The notes: generated by a model from the letters alone, not told the origin. 64,000 nt of DNA from an uncultured Chloroflexia bacterium (GCA_963775225.1 CAVZHW010000007.1:67756-131755), one strand, 5' to 3'; shown: positions 19,888 through 30,308, numbered from the stretch's first letter. A program made the numbers and translations.

Positions 19888-21297
19888 ATGCGCAGCGCTG
19901 CCGACATCGGGCGCGGTCTCGCGCCCGCGCGTCCGGCACGAGCAATCCCGAGCGGGCAGCGGATCCACGTGATCGGCGCCGCGGGCGCCGGCGCCTCGGC
20001 CGCCGCACTGCTGGCACAGCGCGCCGGCGCGCTGGTCAGCGGCTGCGACGGGGGCGGGCCCTCGCCGTATTCGGCCGCGCTCGAGGCGGCCGGCATCGAG
20101 CTCGCCTGGCAGCATTCCCCCGCGCACGTCGAGCGCGACGCCGCCACCCGACCCGCGCGCCTGGCGGTCAGCAAGGCTCTCACCGCGGTCGCGCCCGACC
20201 ATCCCGAGCTGGCCGCCGCGCGTGCGCTGCACATCCCCGCTGAGTCCTGGCAGCAGACCGTCGCCGACGCCGCCGCGACCAGCGGCCAGGCGCTCGTGGC
20301 GGTGGCCGGCACGCATGGCAAGTCGACCACCAGCGGCTGGCTCGTCGATCTGCTGGTGCGCGCCGGGCGCGACCCATCGGCGTTCGTCGGCGCCCTGCTA
20401 CCGGACCGCCTGACCGGCGACATGCCGAGCACGGCGCGCTGGGGTAAGGGCGACTCGTTCGTGGTCGAGGCCGACGAATACGCCGGCAACTTCGACCCGT
20501 ACGTGCCGGCTGTCGCGGTCCTGCTCAACGCGGAATGGGATCATCCGGACGTGTTCGCTGACGAGCGCGCCGTGCTGGACGCCTTCGCGGCGTGGGTCGA
20601 TCGCGCGCCGGGAGCGACGGTGGTCGCCAATCTCGCGGATCCGGGCGTGACGCGTGTGGTCGAGCGGCTCGCAGAACGGGCGGGGCGGATCGTTGCCGCA
20701 CCCACGAGCCTGCCGGCCGGCTATGCGCTCGGCCTGCCCGGCCCCGCCAACGCCGACAATGCGCGAGCGGTCGTCGGCGTGGGACGGTTACTGGGCGTGG
20801 CCGAGGACACGATCCGCGAGAGCCTCGCCGGCTACGCGGGGGTCGGTCGCCGGCTCGAGGTCAAAGGTGAGACCGCGGGCGTGACGGTGCTCGACGACTA
20901 TGCCCACCATCCAACGGCGATCGCGCGCACGCTCGAGGCAGTGCGCGGGCGCTACGCCGGGCGGCGCGTGTGGGCGGTGTACGAGCCGCTCACGTTCCAT
21001 CGCACCGCACTCATGTTCGATCGTTTCGCCGACGTGCTCGCGACAGCCGATGAGGTCGCCATCGCCGACATCTGGGCCGGCCGCGATCCCGACACGACGA
21101 TCACCAGCGCGACCGCATTGGCCGACGCCGTGTCCCGGCGCGGCGGCCCGCACGCCACGGCACCCGGCAGCGTCGAGGAAACGGCCGACTATCTTGCCCG
21201 CCGCGTCCGGCCGGGCGATGTCGTGCTGGTCATGGGCGGCGGTCGCTCGTACGTCATCGCCGAGCGGCTGGCCGGCCTGCTGGCCGGGGGGCCGTAG
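19888..21297 (+). CDS. murC: Mur ligase family protein (UDP-N-acetylmuramate--L-alanine ligase MurC or Mpl-like)
   Basis: N-terminal Rossmann IHVIGAAGAGAS, a P-loop AVAGTHGKSTTS, and a Mur ligase C-terminal domain. Confidence 0.7.
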   Translation: MRSAADIGRGLAPARPARAIPSGQRIHVIGAAGAGASAAALLAQRAGALVSGCDGGGPSPYSAALEAAGIELAWQHSPAHVERDAATRPARLAVSKALTAVAPDHPELAAARALHIPAESWQQTVADAAATSGQALVAVAGTHGKSTTSGWLVDLLVRAGRDPSAFVGALLPDRLTGDMPSTARWGKGDSFVVEADEYAGNFDPYVPAVAVLLNAEWDHPDVFADERAVLDAFAAWVDRAPGATVVANLADPGVTRVVERLAERAGRIVAAPTSLPAGYALGLPGPANADNARAVVGVGRLLGVAEDTIRESLAGYAGVGRRLEVKGETAGVTVLDDYAHHPTAIARTLEAVRGRYAGRRVWAVYEPLTFHRTALMFDRFADVLATADEVAIADIWAGRDPDTTITSATALADAVSRRGGPHATAPGSVEETADYLARRVRPGDVVLVMGGGRSYVIAERLAGLLAGGP

Positions 21298-21299
21298 AC

Positions 21300-21734
21300 T
21301 TGATGGCCATGAACCTCACTCCCGGCGACGGGCAGGACCTGCTCGCCGCGTTCAAGAAAGGCTGGGAGCAGCGCAAGCCGGACCTGATCCTCGAGCTGTT
21401 CGCCGAGGACGCCGGCTACCGCGCGGACCCGTTCACCGAACCGCTGTCAGGTGCCAACGCGATCCGCGCGCTGTGGAACCAGGTCGCGACGGAGCAGGCG
21501 AACGTCGAGTTCGACGCCGAACGCATCTGGGTCAGCGGCCCGGCGGTGCTGGTCAGCTTCCACGCCGCGTACACGCGGCGCGTCGACGCGGCGCGCATCC
21601 GCGTTCGCGGCTTCATGACCTTCGAGCTCGGCGCGCCGCGGCAGGACGGGAAGAGGCCGCTCGTCGAGCGCTTTCGTGCGTGGCCGATCGAGCGCGAGGT
21701 GGGCCGCGACGCGACGTTCACTCCGGAGAGCTGA
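21300..21734 (+). CDS. SnoaL-like / NTF2-like fold protein
   Basis: 144 aa with an alpha+beta cone-fold pattern and similarity to SnoaL-like cyclase or limonene epoxide hydrolase folds. Confidence 0.5.
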   Translation: MMAMNLTPGDGQDLLAAFKKGWEQRKPDLILELFAEDAGYRADPFTEPLSGANAIRALWNQVATEQANVEFDAERIWVSGPAVLVSFHAAYTRRVDAARIRVRGFMTFELGAPRQDGKRPLVERFRAWPIEREVGRDATFTPES

Positions 21735-21737
21735 CAG

Positions 21738-22235
21738 ATGGCCGGTGACGTTTCATTCGACGTGGTCAGCGAGTTCGATCGGCAGGAGCTGATCAATGCG
21801 CTCGATCAAGCGCGCCGGGAGATCGCCACGCGCTACGACTTCAAGGGCTCGCGGGCGGAGATCGAGCTGGGCAAGGAGGAGCTCGCCCTGCGCGCGGACA
21901 GCGAGTCACGGGCGCGGGCAATGCGCGACCTGATCGAGTCGAAAGCGATCCGGCGCGGGCTGTCGCTCAAGATCTTCGACTGGGGCCCGATCGAGGAGGC
22001 CGGCGGCAACACTGTACGTGAGCACGTTGCCCTGCGCCACGGTCTGTCCGATGAGCTGGCGCGCAAGATCACGCGGCTGATTCGCGACGATTTCCCCAAG
22101 GTCAAGTCACAGATCCAGGGCGACGCGGTGCGTGTGAGCAGCAAGAGCAGGGACGAGCTGCAGCGGGTTATCAGCCGTCTGCGCCAGGAGTCTGAGGCCT
22201 ACCCCGTGCCACTCCAGTTCACGAACTACCGCTGA
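21738..22235 (+). CDS. yajQ: YajQ family (UPF0234) nucleotide / cyclic-di-GMP-binding protein
   Basis: SFDVVSEFDRQEL...YDFKGS...IQGDAVRVSSKSRDELQ is the full YajQ signature. 165 aa. Confidence 0.85.
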   Translation: MAGDVSFDVVSEFDRQELINALDQARREIATRYDFKGSRAEIELGKEELALRADSESRARAMRDLIESKAIRRGLSLKIFDWGPIEEAGGNTVREHVALRHGLSDELARKITRLIRDDFPKVKSQIQGDAVRVSSKSRDELQRVISRLRQESEAYPVPLQFTNYR

Positions 22236-22258
22236 GCGCCAATCCCCGGCGGCGCCCC

Positions 22259-23905
22259 GTGGCGACCGTCGCCGACCTGCTTGCCCGCGCGCTTGCCGAC
22301 AGTGGCGTCGAATGGGCTTTCACCGTGCCCGGCGAGAGCTTCCTCGGCCTGCTCGATGCGCTGCCGCGTGCGGGCATCACCGTCGTCGCGACGCGCCACG
22401 AAGGCGGCGCGGCCTTCATGGCCGAAGCAATCGGGCAACTGACCGGGAGGCCGGCGGCCTGCCTCGGTACGCGTGCCGTGGGAGCCGCCAACCTGGCCAT
22501 CGGCATCCACACCGCACGGGCGGACTCGACGCCGATGGTCGCCGTGCTCGGCCAGGTGCAGCGCGCGATCAGCGGACGCGAGGCGCTCCAGGAGGCCGAT
22601 CTCGTGGCGACCATCGGCGGACTGGCCAAGTGGGCGGCCGAGATCGATGACCCCGCGTACGCGGCACCGATCGTTGGCGAAGGCCTGAGTGCGATGCTGG
22701 CCGGCCGGCCCGGACCGGTGCTCTTCTCGGTGCCGGTCGACGTCTTTGCCGAACGAGCCGGCGTACAGCGGGCCGAGATCGCGCCGGTCGCTCCCGCGCC
22801 GCCGCCACGCGACACGGTCGAGCGCATCGTGACCCTGCTGGCCAGCGCCGCGCGGCCGGCCATCATCGCCGGGGGAGGGGTTATCCGCGCCGGAGCGGTG
22901 GACGTTCTGCAGCGATTCAGCGAAGCGTTGGAGCTACCCGTCTTTGCCGCGTGGCGCCGGCCGACTGTCTTTCCCAACGATGATCCGCGCTACCTGGGCA
23001 TGACCGGCTACGGCGCGGCTCCGACCGTCCTGCCGCGGCTCAAGTCGGCCGACGCGCTGCTGGTCATCGGCTGCCGGCTCAACGAACCAGCCTCGTTCGG
23101 TTACCAGGTGCCCGGGCGCGGCACGCGCTGGGCTCACGTTGATCTCGCTCCGCGCCAGCCGGGCCATCGGCTGCGCCGGCCGGACATAGCGCTTGGCGCC
23201 GATGCGAACGCCTTCCTGAGTGCTGCGCTTGAGGTGCCCGTGCGTGGCGACCGGGCCGCGCAGAAGGCGCGCGCAGCCGAGATTGCTGCCGAACGAGAGG
23301 CGTACCTGGCGGCCAGCGCGCGAGTGGCGCAGGTCCCCGAGGGCTCGCGCAGTTCCGGAGTCAACCCGGGCGTCGTTGTCGCCACGCTGCAACGTGTCTT
23401 GGCGGACGACGCGATCATTACCAGCGACGCGGGTAACTTTGGGCTGTGGCTGGCGCGCGGCTTCCGCTTCGGCCGCCAGAACGCCTTCCTCGCGCCGACG
23501 TCGGGAGCCATGGGCTACGGGCTGCCCGCCGCCATCGCCGCGTGCCTGGCGGCGCCGCAACGACAGGTCGTTGCGCTGTGCGGCGACGGCGGCTTCGCGA
23601 TGACGATGAACGAGCTCGAAACAGCGGTGCGCGCCGGCACCCGGCCGGTCGTGCTCGTGTTCGACAACCGACGTTTCGGCACCATCGCCATGCACCAGCA
23701 GAGCGAGGGTCGTGAGGCCGTCGCGACGACCCTCGGGCCCTTCGATTTCGCTGCGGTCGCGCGGGCCGCTGGCGCGCAGGGCGGCCGCGTCGCGCGTGAC
23801 GTCGAGTTCGAGCCTGCGTTGCGCGACGCCCTGGCCGCCGACCGGCCCGCGATCCTCCATCTCGAAGTCGATCCGCGCTGGGTGTCGCCCGATCGCTTCG
23901 GCTGA
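22259..23905 (+). CDS. thiamine-pyrophosphate-dependent enzyme (acetolactate synthase large-subunit-like)
   Basis: TPP N-terminal pyrimidine-binding domain, a central domain and a C-terminal TPP-binding motif (GDGGFAMTMNELETA). Confidence 0.75.
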   Translation: MATVADLLARALADSGVEWAFTVPGESFLGLLDALPRAGITVVATRHEGGAAFMAEAIGQLTGRPAACLGTRAVGAANLAIGIHTARADSTPMVAVLGQVQRAISGREALQEADLVATIGGLAKWAAEIDDPAYAAPIVGEGLSAMLAGRPGPVLFSVPVDVFAERAGVQRAEIAPVAPAPPPRDTVERIVTLLASAARPAIIAGGGVIRAGAVDVLQRFSEALELPVFAAWRRPTVFPNDDPRYLGMTGYGAAPTVLPRLKSADALLVIGCRLNEPASFGYQVPGRGTRWAHVDLAPRQPGHRLRRPDIALGADANAFLSAALEVPVRGDRAAQKARAAEIAAEREAYLAASARVAQVPEGSRSSGVNPGVVVATLQRVLADDAIITSDAGNFGLWLARGFRFGRQNAFLAPTSGAMGYGLPAAIAACLAAPQRQVVALCGDGGFAMTMNELETAVRAGTRPVVLVFDNRRFGTIAMHQQSEGREAVATTLGPFDFAAVARAAGAQGGRVARDVEFEPALRDALAADRPAILHLEVDPRWVSPDRFG

Positions 23906-23963
23906 AGGGTCCCCAGGTGCGGGCGCTTGACAAGCTCTTTGTGATGCCTAGACTTCTAGCGGC

Positions 23964-24470
23964 ATGGAGAACATCAATGACACGCTAAACACCACGCGAA
24001 TGGACCGCGAGGCGCTCGTCACCGACGTGCTCGACGAGTTCAACCAGATCAGCTTTCGCGACTTCCAGGGTGCTCTCAAGCGCTGGCATGAGGGGTCGCT
24101 CAGCGTCGTGCACCTGAACGTGCTCATGGCGCTTCGGTCGAGTACGCCGATGACGATGTCGCACCTGGCCGAGTTGCTCGACGTCTCTGTCGCGAGCACG
24201 ACCGGCATCGTCGACCGGATGGAGAAGAAGGGTGTCGTGGAGCGTCGCCACAGCAAGACCGACCGGCGCGTCGTCGAGGTGCACCTGACCAGCCGTGGCG
24301 GTGCCGTCTTCGAGGCGATGCGCGCCGAGCGGCAGCTGCGCCTCAGCACCCTGCTCGCCGAGCTCGGTGACGACGACCTGGCAGCCCTGCTCAGAGGCCT
24401 GCGCGCCTTCCGCGCCGCGCGGCAGCGCATCGTGGGCAATCTTCCCGCCGCGGCCACGGGCAGGCCATGA
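23964..24470 (+). CDS. MarR family transcriptional regulator
   Basis: Winged-helix core (LNVLMALRSSTPMTMSHLAELLDVSVASTTGIVDRMEKKGVVERRHSKTDRRVV). Confidence 0.85.
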   Translation: MENINDTLNTTRMDREALVTDVLDEFNQISFRDFQGALKRWHEGSLSVVHLNVLMALRSSTPMTMSHLAELLDVSVASTTGIVDRMEKKGVVERRHSKTDRRVVEVHLTSRGGAVFEAMRAERQLRLSTLLAELGDDDLAALLRGLRAFRAARQRIVGNLPAAATGRP

Positions 24471-26206
24471 CCCGTCTGCTGCGGACTTACCTGCGCCCGT
24501 ATTGGCGCCAAATCCTGGTTGTGCTCAGCCTGCTGCTCATCCAGGCCCTGACCAACCTGTACCTGCCCGACCTGAACGCCGAAATCATCAATAACGGCGT
24601 GTCGACCGGCGACACCAACTACATCGTCAATACCGGCGCACTGATGCTCGGCGTGACCTTCGTGCTCGGCATCACCTCGGTCGTGGCCGTTTTCCTCGCC
24701 GCGCGCGTGGCGATGGGCTTTGGGCGCGACGTGCGCGGAGAGGTATTCCGCAAGGTAGGGTCGTTCTCTCAGGTCGAGATGAACCGCTTCGGCACCGCGT
24801 CGTTGATCACGCGTAACACCAACGACGTGCAGCAGGTGCAGATGGTCGTGTTCATGGGCCTGACCGTCATCCTGCTGGCGCCGATCATGGGCATCGGCGG
24901 CATCATCATGGCCGTTCGCCAGGACGTGCCCCTGTCGAGCCTGCTGGTCGTGATCCTGCCGATCATGTTCGTGTTCATCGGCCTCGTGATGCGCCAGGCG
25001 ATCCCGCTGTTCCGGGCCATGCAGGTCAAGATCGACCGCATCAACCAGGTCATGCGCGAGGCGCTCGCCGGCGTGCGCGTCATCCGTGCCTTCGTGCGTG
25101 TCGATCACGAGGAGAAGCGCTTCGACGTCGCCAACCAGGACCTGTTCGAGACCGCGCTGCGTGTCAACCGCCTGTTCGCGGTAACCATCCCGACGATGAT
25201 GATCATCCTGAACCTGTCGCAGGTGGCGGTGATGTGGTTCGGCGCCGAACGCATCTCAGCCGGCGGCATGCCCATCGGCAACCTGACCGCCTTCCTGACC
25301 TACCTGATGCAGATCCTCTTCTCGGTGCTGATGGCGGTGCTGATGTTCATCTTCGTGCCGCGCGCGGCGGTCTCGGCCGACCGCATTCGCGAGGTGCTCG
25401 ACACCCAGCCGATGATCAGCGACCCAGTCGAGCCGGTCTCGATCGTACCCGCGCGCGGCGCCCGGATCGAGTTCCGTAACGTCCAGTTCGGCTACCCGGG
25501 CGCCGAACAGCCGGTACTCCACGACATCTCTTTCGTGGCTGAGCCGGGCCAGACGACGGCCGTTGTGGGCAGCACCGGCAGTGGCAAATCGACGCTCATC
25601 AACCTGATCCCGCGCTTCTACGACGTGACCGGCGGCGCAGTGCTGATCGACGGCACCGACGTGCGCCAACTGCGCCGCGAGGACCTGTGGCGGATGATCG
25701 GCGTCGTGCCGCAGAACGCCTTCCTGTTTAGCGGCACAGTGGCCTCCAACCTGCGCTACGGCGATGAACAGGCGACCGACGACGACCTGCAGCACGCGCT
25801 CGAGATTGCCCAGGGCAATGAATTCGTGGCCGAGATGGACGGCGGGCTGGAGGCTGAGATCGACCAGGGCGGCAGCAACGTCTCCGGCGGCCAGCGTCAG
25901 CGGCTGGCCATCGCCCGGGCGCTGGTCAAGCGCGCGCCGCTGTACGTTTTCGACGACAGTTTCTCGGCACTCGATTTCCGCACCGACGCGCGCCTGCGCG
26001 CGGCCCTGCGCCGCGAGCTGGCCGGCGCGACGGCGATCATCGTCGCCCAGCGTGTAGGCACCATCCTCAACGCCGAGCGCATCGTGGTCATGGACGAGGG
26101 TCGCGTCGTGGGCGTGGGCACGCACAGCGAATTGATGACGAGCTGCGAGACCTATCGCGAAATCGTCTACTCGCAGCTCACCCCGGCCGAGGCACAGGCC
26201 GCATGA
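24467..26206 (+). CDS. ABC transporter permease/ATPase (type I exporter half-transporter, subunit 1)
   Basis: Six-TM domain followed by an NBD with Walker A GSTGSGKST, signature VSGGQRQR and Walker B. Overlaps the marR stop. Confidence 0.85.
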   Translation: MTRLLRTYLRPYWRQILVVLSLLLIQALTNLYLPDLNAEIINNGVSTGDTNYIVNTGALMLGVTFVLGITSVVAVFLAARVAMGFGRDVRGEVFRKVGSFSQVEMNRFGTASLITRNTNDVQQVQMVVFMGLTVILLAPIMGIGGIIMAVRQDVPLSSLLVVILPIMFVFIGLVMRQAIPLFRAMQVKIDRINQVMREALAGVRVIRAFVRVDHEEKRFDVANQDLFETALRVNRLFAVTIPTMMIILNLSQVAVMWFGAERISAGGMPIGNLTAFLTYLMQILFSVLMAVLMFIFVPRAAVSADRIREVLDTQPMISDPVEPVSIVPARGARIEFRNVQFGYPGAEQPVLHDISFVAEPGQTTAVVGSTGSGKSTLINLIPRFYDVTGGAVLIDGTDVRQLRREDLWRMIGVVPQNAFLFSGTVASNLRYGDEQATDDDLQHALEIAQGNEFVAEMDGGLEAEIDQGGSNVSGGQRQRLAIARALVKRAPLYVFDDSFSALDFRTDARLRAALRRELAGATAIIVAQRVGTILNAERIVVMDEGRVVGVGTHSELMTSCETYREIVYSQLTPAEAQAA

Positions 26207-28230
26207 GCGGGCAGCTCGCCGGCGGTCGGCCCACGGGCGGCGGTAGGCCCACGGGCGGCGGCCGCTCGCCGATGGGCGGCGGGCACGGGGGCCCGGCGCG
26301 CCGCGGCGGCTTCGGACCGGGCCACATGATGATGGGCGGCATGCCGCCGGAGAAGCCGAAGGACTTCGGCAGTTCCTTCCGGCGGCTGATCGGCCGACTC
26401 CGTCCGGAGCGCAGTCGGTTGCTGCTGGTCATCGTGCTCGCCGTCGTCAGCGTGATCTTTGCCGTGCTCGGGCCGAAGATCCTGGGCGACGCCACGAACA
26501 TCATCTTCTCGGGCGTCATCAGCCAGAACCTGCCCGCCGGCGTCAGCCAGGCGCAGGTGGAAGCCGGCCTGCGCGCCAACGGCCAGGGCCAGCTCGCGGA
26601 CATGCTCAGCGGCATGACCCTGACCCCTGGGGTGGGCATCGATTTCGGGGGCCTGGCCAGCATCCTCGTCGTGCTGATAGGCATCTTCGTCGTCAGCGCA
26701 CTGTTCGCCTGGGCGCAGGCCTACATCATGGCCGGCGTCACTCAGCGCACCGTCTATCGACTACGCCAGGACATCGACCTCAAGCTCGGCAAGCTGCCCC
26801 TCCGGTACTTCGACGACCACTCCCGCGGCGACCTGCTCAGCCGCGTGACGAACGACATCGACAACATCGGCCAGACGCTGCAGCAGAGCCTGACCCAGCT
26901 CATCACCTCGATCCTGACAGTGATCGGCGTGCTGGTGATGATGCTCACCATCAGCTGGGAGTTGGCGCTCATTTCGGTCCTCGCGGTGCCCGCCGCGCTG
27001 GTCGTGACCCTGTTCATCATCCGCCGCTCACAGCGCCAGTTCGTCGCCCAGTGGGCCTCGACCGGCGCGCTCAACGGACAGGTCGAGGAGATGCACACCG
27101 GCCACAACATCGTGACCGTCTTCGGCCGCCACAGGGAGGCGATGGCACGCTTCACGGAGGAGAACGAGCGCCTCTATGACGCCAGCTACAGGGCGCAGTT
27201 CATCTCCGGGATCATCCAGCCGGCGATGAACCTGATCAGCAACTTCAACTACGTTGCCATCGCCGTCATCGGCGGCGTGCGCGTGGCCACCGGCCAGATG
27301 TCGCTGGGCGACGTGGTCGCCTTCATCCAGTACTCGCGCCAGTTCACGCAGCCCATCGTGCAGGCAGCCAGCATCGCCAACGTACTGCAGTCGGCGGTTG
27401 CGTCGGCCGAGCGCGTCTTCGAGTTGCTCGACGAGGGTGAGCTGACCCAGCAGGCGGAACAACCGCGGCAGCTCGGCGAGATTGTCGGACGGGTCGGCTT
27501 CGACGACGTGTCGTTCCGCTACCGGCCCGAGGCGCCGCTCATCGAACATCTCAGCCTCGTCGCCGAGCCCGGCGCGACCGTGGCCATCGTCGGTCCCACC
27601 GGTGCCGGCAAGACGACGCTGGTCAACCTGCTCATGCGCTTCTACGAGATCGACGGCGGGAGCATCACCGTCGACGGCATCGATACGCGCGACGTGACGC
27701 GCGAGGATCTGCGGCGCGAGTTTGGCATGGTCCTCCAGGACACGTGGCTGTTCCACGGCACGATCCGCGAGAACATCGCTTACGGCCGCGAGGATGCGAC
27801 CGAGGAGCAGATCGTCGCCGCCGCCGAGGAGGCGCACGTCGACCACTTCGTGCGCACCCTGCCGGCCGGCTACGAGACGGTCGTCGACGACGATGCGACC
27901 AACCTGTCCCAGGGCGAGAAGCAGCTGATGACCATTGCACGGGCCTTCCTCGCGGACCCGCGCATCCTCATCCTGGACGAGGCCACGAGCTCCGTCGACA
28001 CGCGGACGGAAGTGCTTATCCAGAAGGCCATGTCGAAGCTGATGGCCGGCCGCACCACTTTCGTCATCGCGCACCGCCTGTCGACCATTCGCGACGCCGA
28101 CCTGATCGTGGTCATGGACCACGGCAAGATCGTCGAGACAGGCACGCACACCGAGCTGCTCGATCGGCGCGGCTTCTATTACGAGCTCTACCAGAGCCAG
28201 TTCGTCGAGGCGCTGGCCGAAGCGGCCTGA
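26203..28230 (+). CDS. ABC transporter permease/ATPase (subunit 2) with a Gly-rich repetitive N-terminal extension
   Basis: N-terminal GGRPTGGGRPTGGGRSPMGGGHGG repeats, then TMD and NBD (GPTGAGKTT, LSQGEKQL). 4 bp overlap with subunit 1, so probably a heterodimeric exporter. Confidence 0.85.
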   Translation: MSGQLAGGRPTGGGRPTGGGRSPMGGGHGGPARRGGFGPGHMMMGGMPPEKPKDFGSSFRRLIGRLRPERSRLLLVIVLAVVSVIFAVLGPKILGDATNIIFSGVISQNLPAGVSQAQVEAGLRANGQGQLADMLSGMTLTPGVGIDFGGLASILVVLIGIFVVSALFAWAQAYIMAGVTQRTVYRLRQDIDLKLGKLPLRYFDDHSRGDLLSRVTNDIDNIGQTLQQSLTQLITSILTVIGVLVMMLTISWELALISVLAVPAALVVTLFIIRRSQRQFVAQWASTGALNGQVEEMHTGHNIVTVFGRHREAMARFTEENERLYDASYRAQFISGIIQPAMNLISNFNYVAIAVIGGVRVATGQMSLGDVVAFIQYSRQFTQPIVQAASIANVLQSAVASAERVFELLDEGELTQQAEQPRQLGEIVGRVGFDDVSFRYRPEAPLIEHLSLVAEPGATVAIVGPTGAGKTTLVNLLMRFYEIDGGSITVDGIDTRDVTREDLRREFGMVLQDTWLFHGTIRENIAYGREDATEEQIVAAAEEAHVDHFVRTLPAGYETVVDDDATNLSQGEKQLMTIARAFLADPRILILDEATSSVDTRTEVLIQKAMSKLMAGRTTFVIAHRLSTIRDADLIVVMDHGKIVETGTHTELLDRRGFYYELYQSQFVEALAEAA

Positions 28231-28406
28231 TCGATCGGGCGTTGCCAGCGAGCAACGGCTGCAATGTTCACTCGCGGTGGTTGGGTGTAGTTTAGTGGCG
28301 GAGCGCTTGTGGCTCCCGACAACACAAACTGCACCAGATGCGACTCCGCCCGACCCCAGCCGTGTCAGGGCGCTGGCGCACTGTGTGTCCAAGTCGGAGG
28401 TACCGG

Positions 28407-29615
28407 ATGACAACTCGTTTAAGGTCGACCCTCGTGCGCGGCGTGGTCGCGTGCTCGGTGGCGCTGCTTGGTACGCTCGCATTGAGCGCGCCGGTGGCAG
28501 CCGCCGGTCACCACAGGGTGTACGTGTCACCCAACGGCTCGTCGGGTAACTCGGGCGTCTCGTGCCAGCACGCAAAGTACTCATTGATCAACGACGGCAT
28601 CGCCGCGGCGCCGAATCACGGCGTGGTTGTCGTCTGCCGCGGCGTGTACACCGAGACGGCCAATATCGACAAGCCGGTCACGCTCGAAGGCCAACACGCC
28701 GTCATCGACGCCACGGGTCTCCCCAACGGCGTTCTCATCACCAGCTCGTGGGCCACGGTCGAGCGCTTGACTGTCAAGAATGCTACCGGCGAAGGCATCC
28801 TCGCCATGGGCGATCCCGGGACGAGCACGCCGATCGACCACGTGACCATCAAATACAACGTGGTGCGTAACAACGACCAGGGTGGCCCCGACTCCGCTTA
28901 CCCCGAATGCCAGCCACAGGGTCAGGTGCCCGGTGACTGCGGCGAGGGTATCCACCTCATGAGCGTGGACAACTCGACGGTCCGGCAAAACCTGGTGGCG
29001 GGCAACTCGGGCGGCATCCTGCTGACCGACGAGTTCGGTCCCACGCACGGCAATCGAATCGTGCTCAACCTGGTCCAGGACAACCCATACGACTGCGGTA
29101 TCACGCTCGCGTCGCATAACGCTGGTTGGGACCCGGGCAGCCAGTCGACGCTGCCCAATCAGGCAGGCGTCTACGACAACCTGGTCCGCGGCAACGTCAT
29201 ACGCCGAAACGGGCTACAGGGTGAAGGGGCCGGGGTGCTGATGGCCGCTGCTTTCCCGCTGGCGGCGTCCTATGACAACCACGTCGACCACAACTTCATC
29301 ATCGGCAACGAGCTCGCCGGGGTAACCATCCACTCGCACCAGGGTGGCGGCTACGTCAGCGGCAACGTCGTCACCCACAACCGCATCGGCCCGAACAACA
29401 AGGGCAGCGCCGCCGTCGCGGGCGATCCGGACGCCGGCGTGTCACAGACGACGGGCATTCTCGTCTACTCGGCGGGCGAGCCCACCACGGTAACCATCAA
29501 CCACAACATCATCTGGAACGACCACTTCGGCATCTGGCTGAGCTCGTCGACCGTCACGGCCACGATGCACCACAACGTGTTTCTCCACGTCGCGGTGAAG
29601 GTCGAGAACGCCTGA
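28407..29615 (+). CDS. secreted right-handed parallel beta-helix repeat protein (pectin-lyase-fold / NosD-like)
   Basis: Signal peptide (VACSVALLGTLALSAPVAAAG) and repeated beta-helix rungs (NNIIWNDHFGIWLSS, NLVRGNVIRRNG). GGAGG Shine-Dalgarno before the ATG at 28407. The ORF track starts earlier, at 28338. Confidence 0.65.
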   Translation: MTTRLRSTLVRGVVACSVALLGTLALSAPVAAAGHHRVYVSPNGSSGNSGVSCQHAKYSLINDGIAAAPNHGVVVVCRGVYTETANIDKPVTLEGQHAVIDATGLPNGVLITSSWATVERLTVKNATGEGILAMGDPGTSTPIDHVTIKYNVVRNNDQGGPDSAYPECQPQGQVPGDCGEGIHLMSVDNSTVRQNLVAGNSGGILLTDEFGPTHGNRIVLNLVQDNPYDCGITLASHNAGWDPGSQSTLPNQAGVYDNLVRGNVIRRNGLQGEGAGVLMAAAFPLAASYDNHVDHNFIIGNELAGVTIHSHQGGGYVSGNVVTHNRIGPNNKGSAAVAGDPDAGVSQTTGILVYSAGEPTTVTINHNIIWNDHFGIWLSSSTVTATMHHNVFLHVAVKVENA

Positions 29616-29642
29616 GCACTACCTCCGCACGCGCGTCAGACA

Positions 29643-29676
29643 AAGGCCGGCCCCGGGCCAACCCGGGGCCGGCCTT
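29643..29676. terminator. bidirectional terminator hairpin between convergent genes
   Basis: aaggccggccccggg-ccaa-cccggggccggcctt is a perfect 15 bp stem, followed by cctattc. Confidence 0.6.
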
Positions 29677-29677
29677 C

Positions 29678-30247
29678 CTATTCGTGGCCGGCGCGCGTGG
29701 GCGTGATGACTCGTTCCATGGCGAGTGCGTCATATGAGCGGCCGGACTCCGCCTCCGGTCCGTCGCTGAGCACCCGGAACCCGATGCGCTCGTAGAAGCG
29801 TTGCGCACCTTCGTTGACCGTCGTCACCCAGAGCACGACGCGCTGCGCACCCCAGCCGCTGCCCCAGTCGGCGACCGCCTGGACGAGTTCACGGCCGACG
29901 CCTAGCCGGCGCACTTCCGGCGCGACCCACATCGAGAACAGCAGGCAATCTGTTGGCGGCCGGCGCCGGGCCTGGACCATGCCCACGGCAGTCAGTGCGC
30001 CGTTCATCCGCACGCCGCGGTTGGCCGACCCGTCGCCGCTCGTGCCCTGGTCGAGCGCTAGGAAATAGGCACGCGAGTTGCCGCGCGCCGACGCGCGCGC
30101 GGTGGCCGTCCAGTCGTCGGGCGGTTCGTTGAGTGCGTCCTCGTAGCGTGTGCCGAAGGCGTACGGCGCCTCGCGCAGCGCGCGCAGGCGCACGTCGCGC
30201 AGCAGTCCCGCCTGGTCGGGGCGGATCCGTTCAAGCGAAATCGCCAC
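29678..30247 (-). CDS. GNAT family N-acetyltransferase
   Basis: Acetyl-CoA binding motif (RRLGVGRELVQAV). 189 aa. Confidence 0.75.
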   Translation of the reverse strand: MAISLERIRPDQAGLLRDVRLRALREAPYAFGTRYEDALNEPPDDWTATARASARGNSRAYFLALDQGTSGDGSANRGVRMNGALTAVGMVQARRRPPTDCLLFSMWVAPEVRRLGVGRELVQAVADWGSGWGAQRVVLWVTTVNEGAQRFYERIGFRVLSDGPEAESGRSYDALAMERVITPTRAGHE

Positions 30248-30308
30248 GGCGCCTCACTGGGGCAGCGTAATGGGCGGTCGTCAATGCCGCGTTGGACAAT
30301 GACGGTAG

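Noticed and set aside
26203-26340. Gly-rich GGRPTGGG repeat and AKP repeats in nusA as possible CRISPR or mobile-element repeats
   Set aside because: Both are in-frame coding tandem repeats inside genes. There are no spacer-repeat arrays, no cas genes, and no transposase/integrase/recombinase ORFs anywhere in the window.
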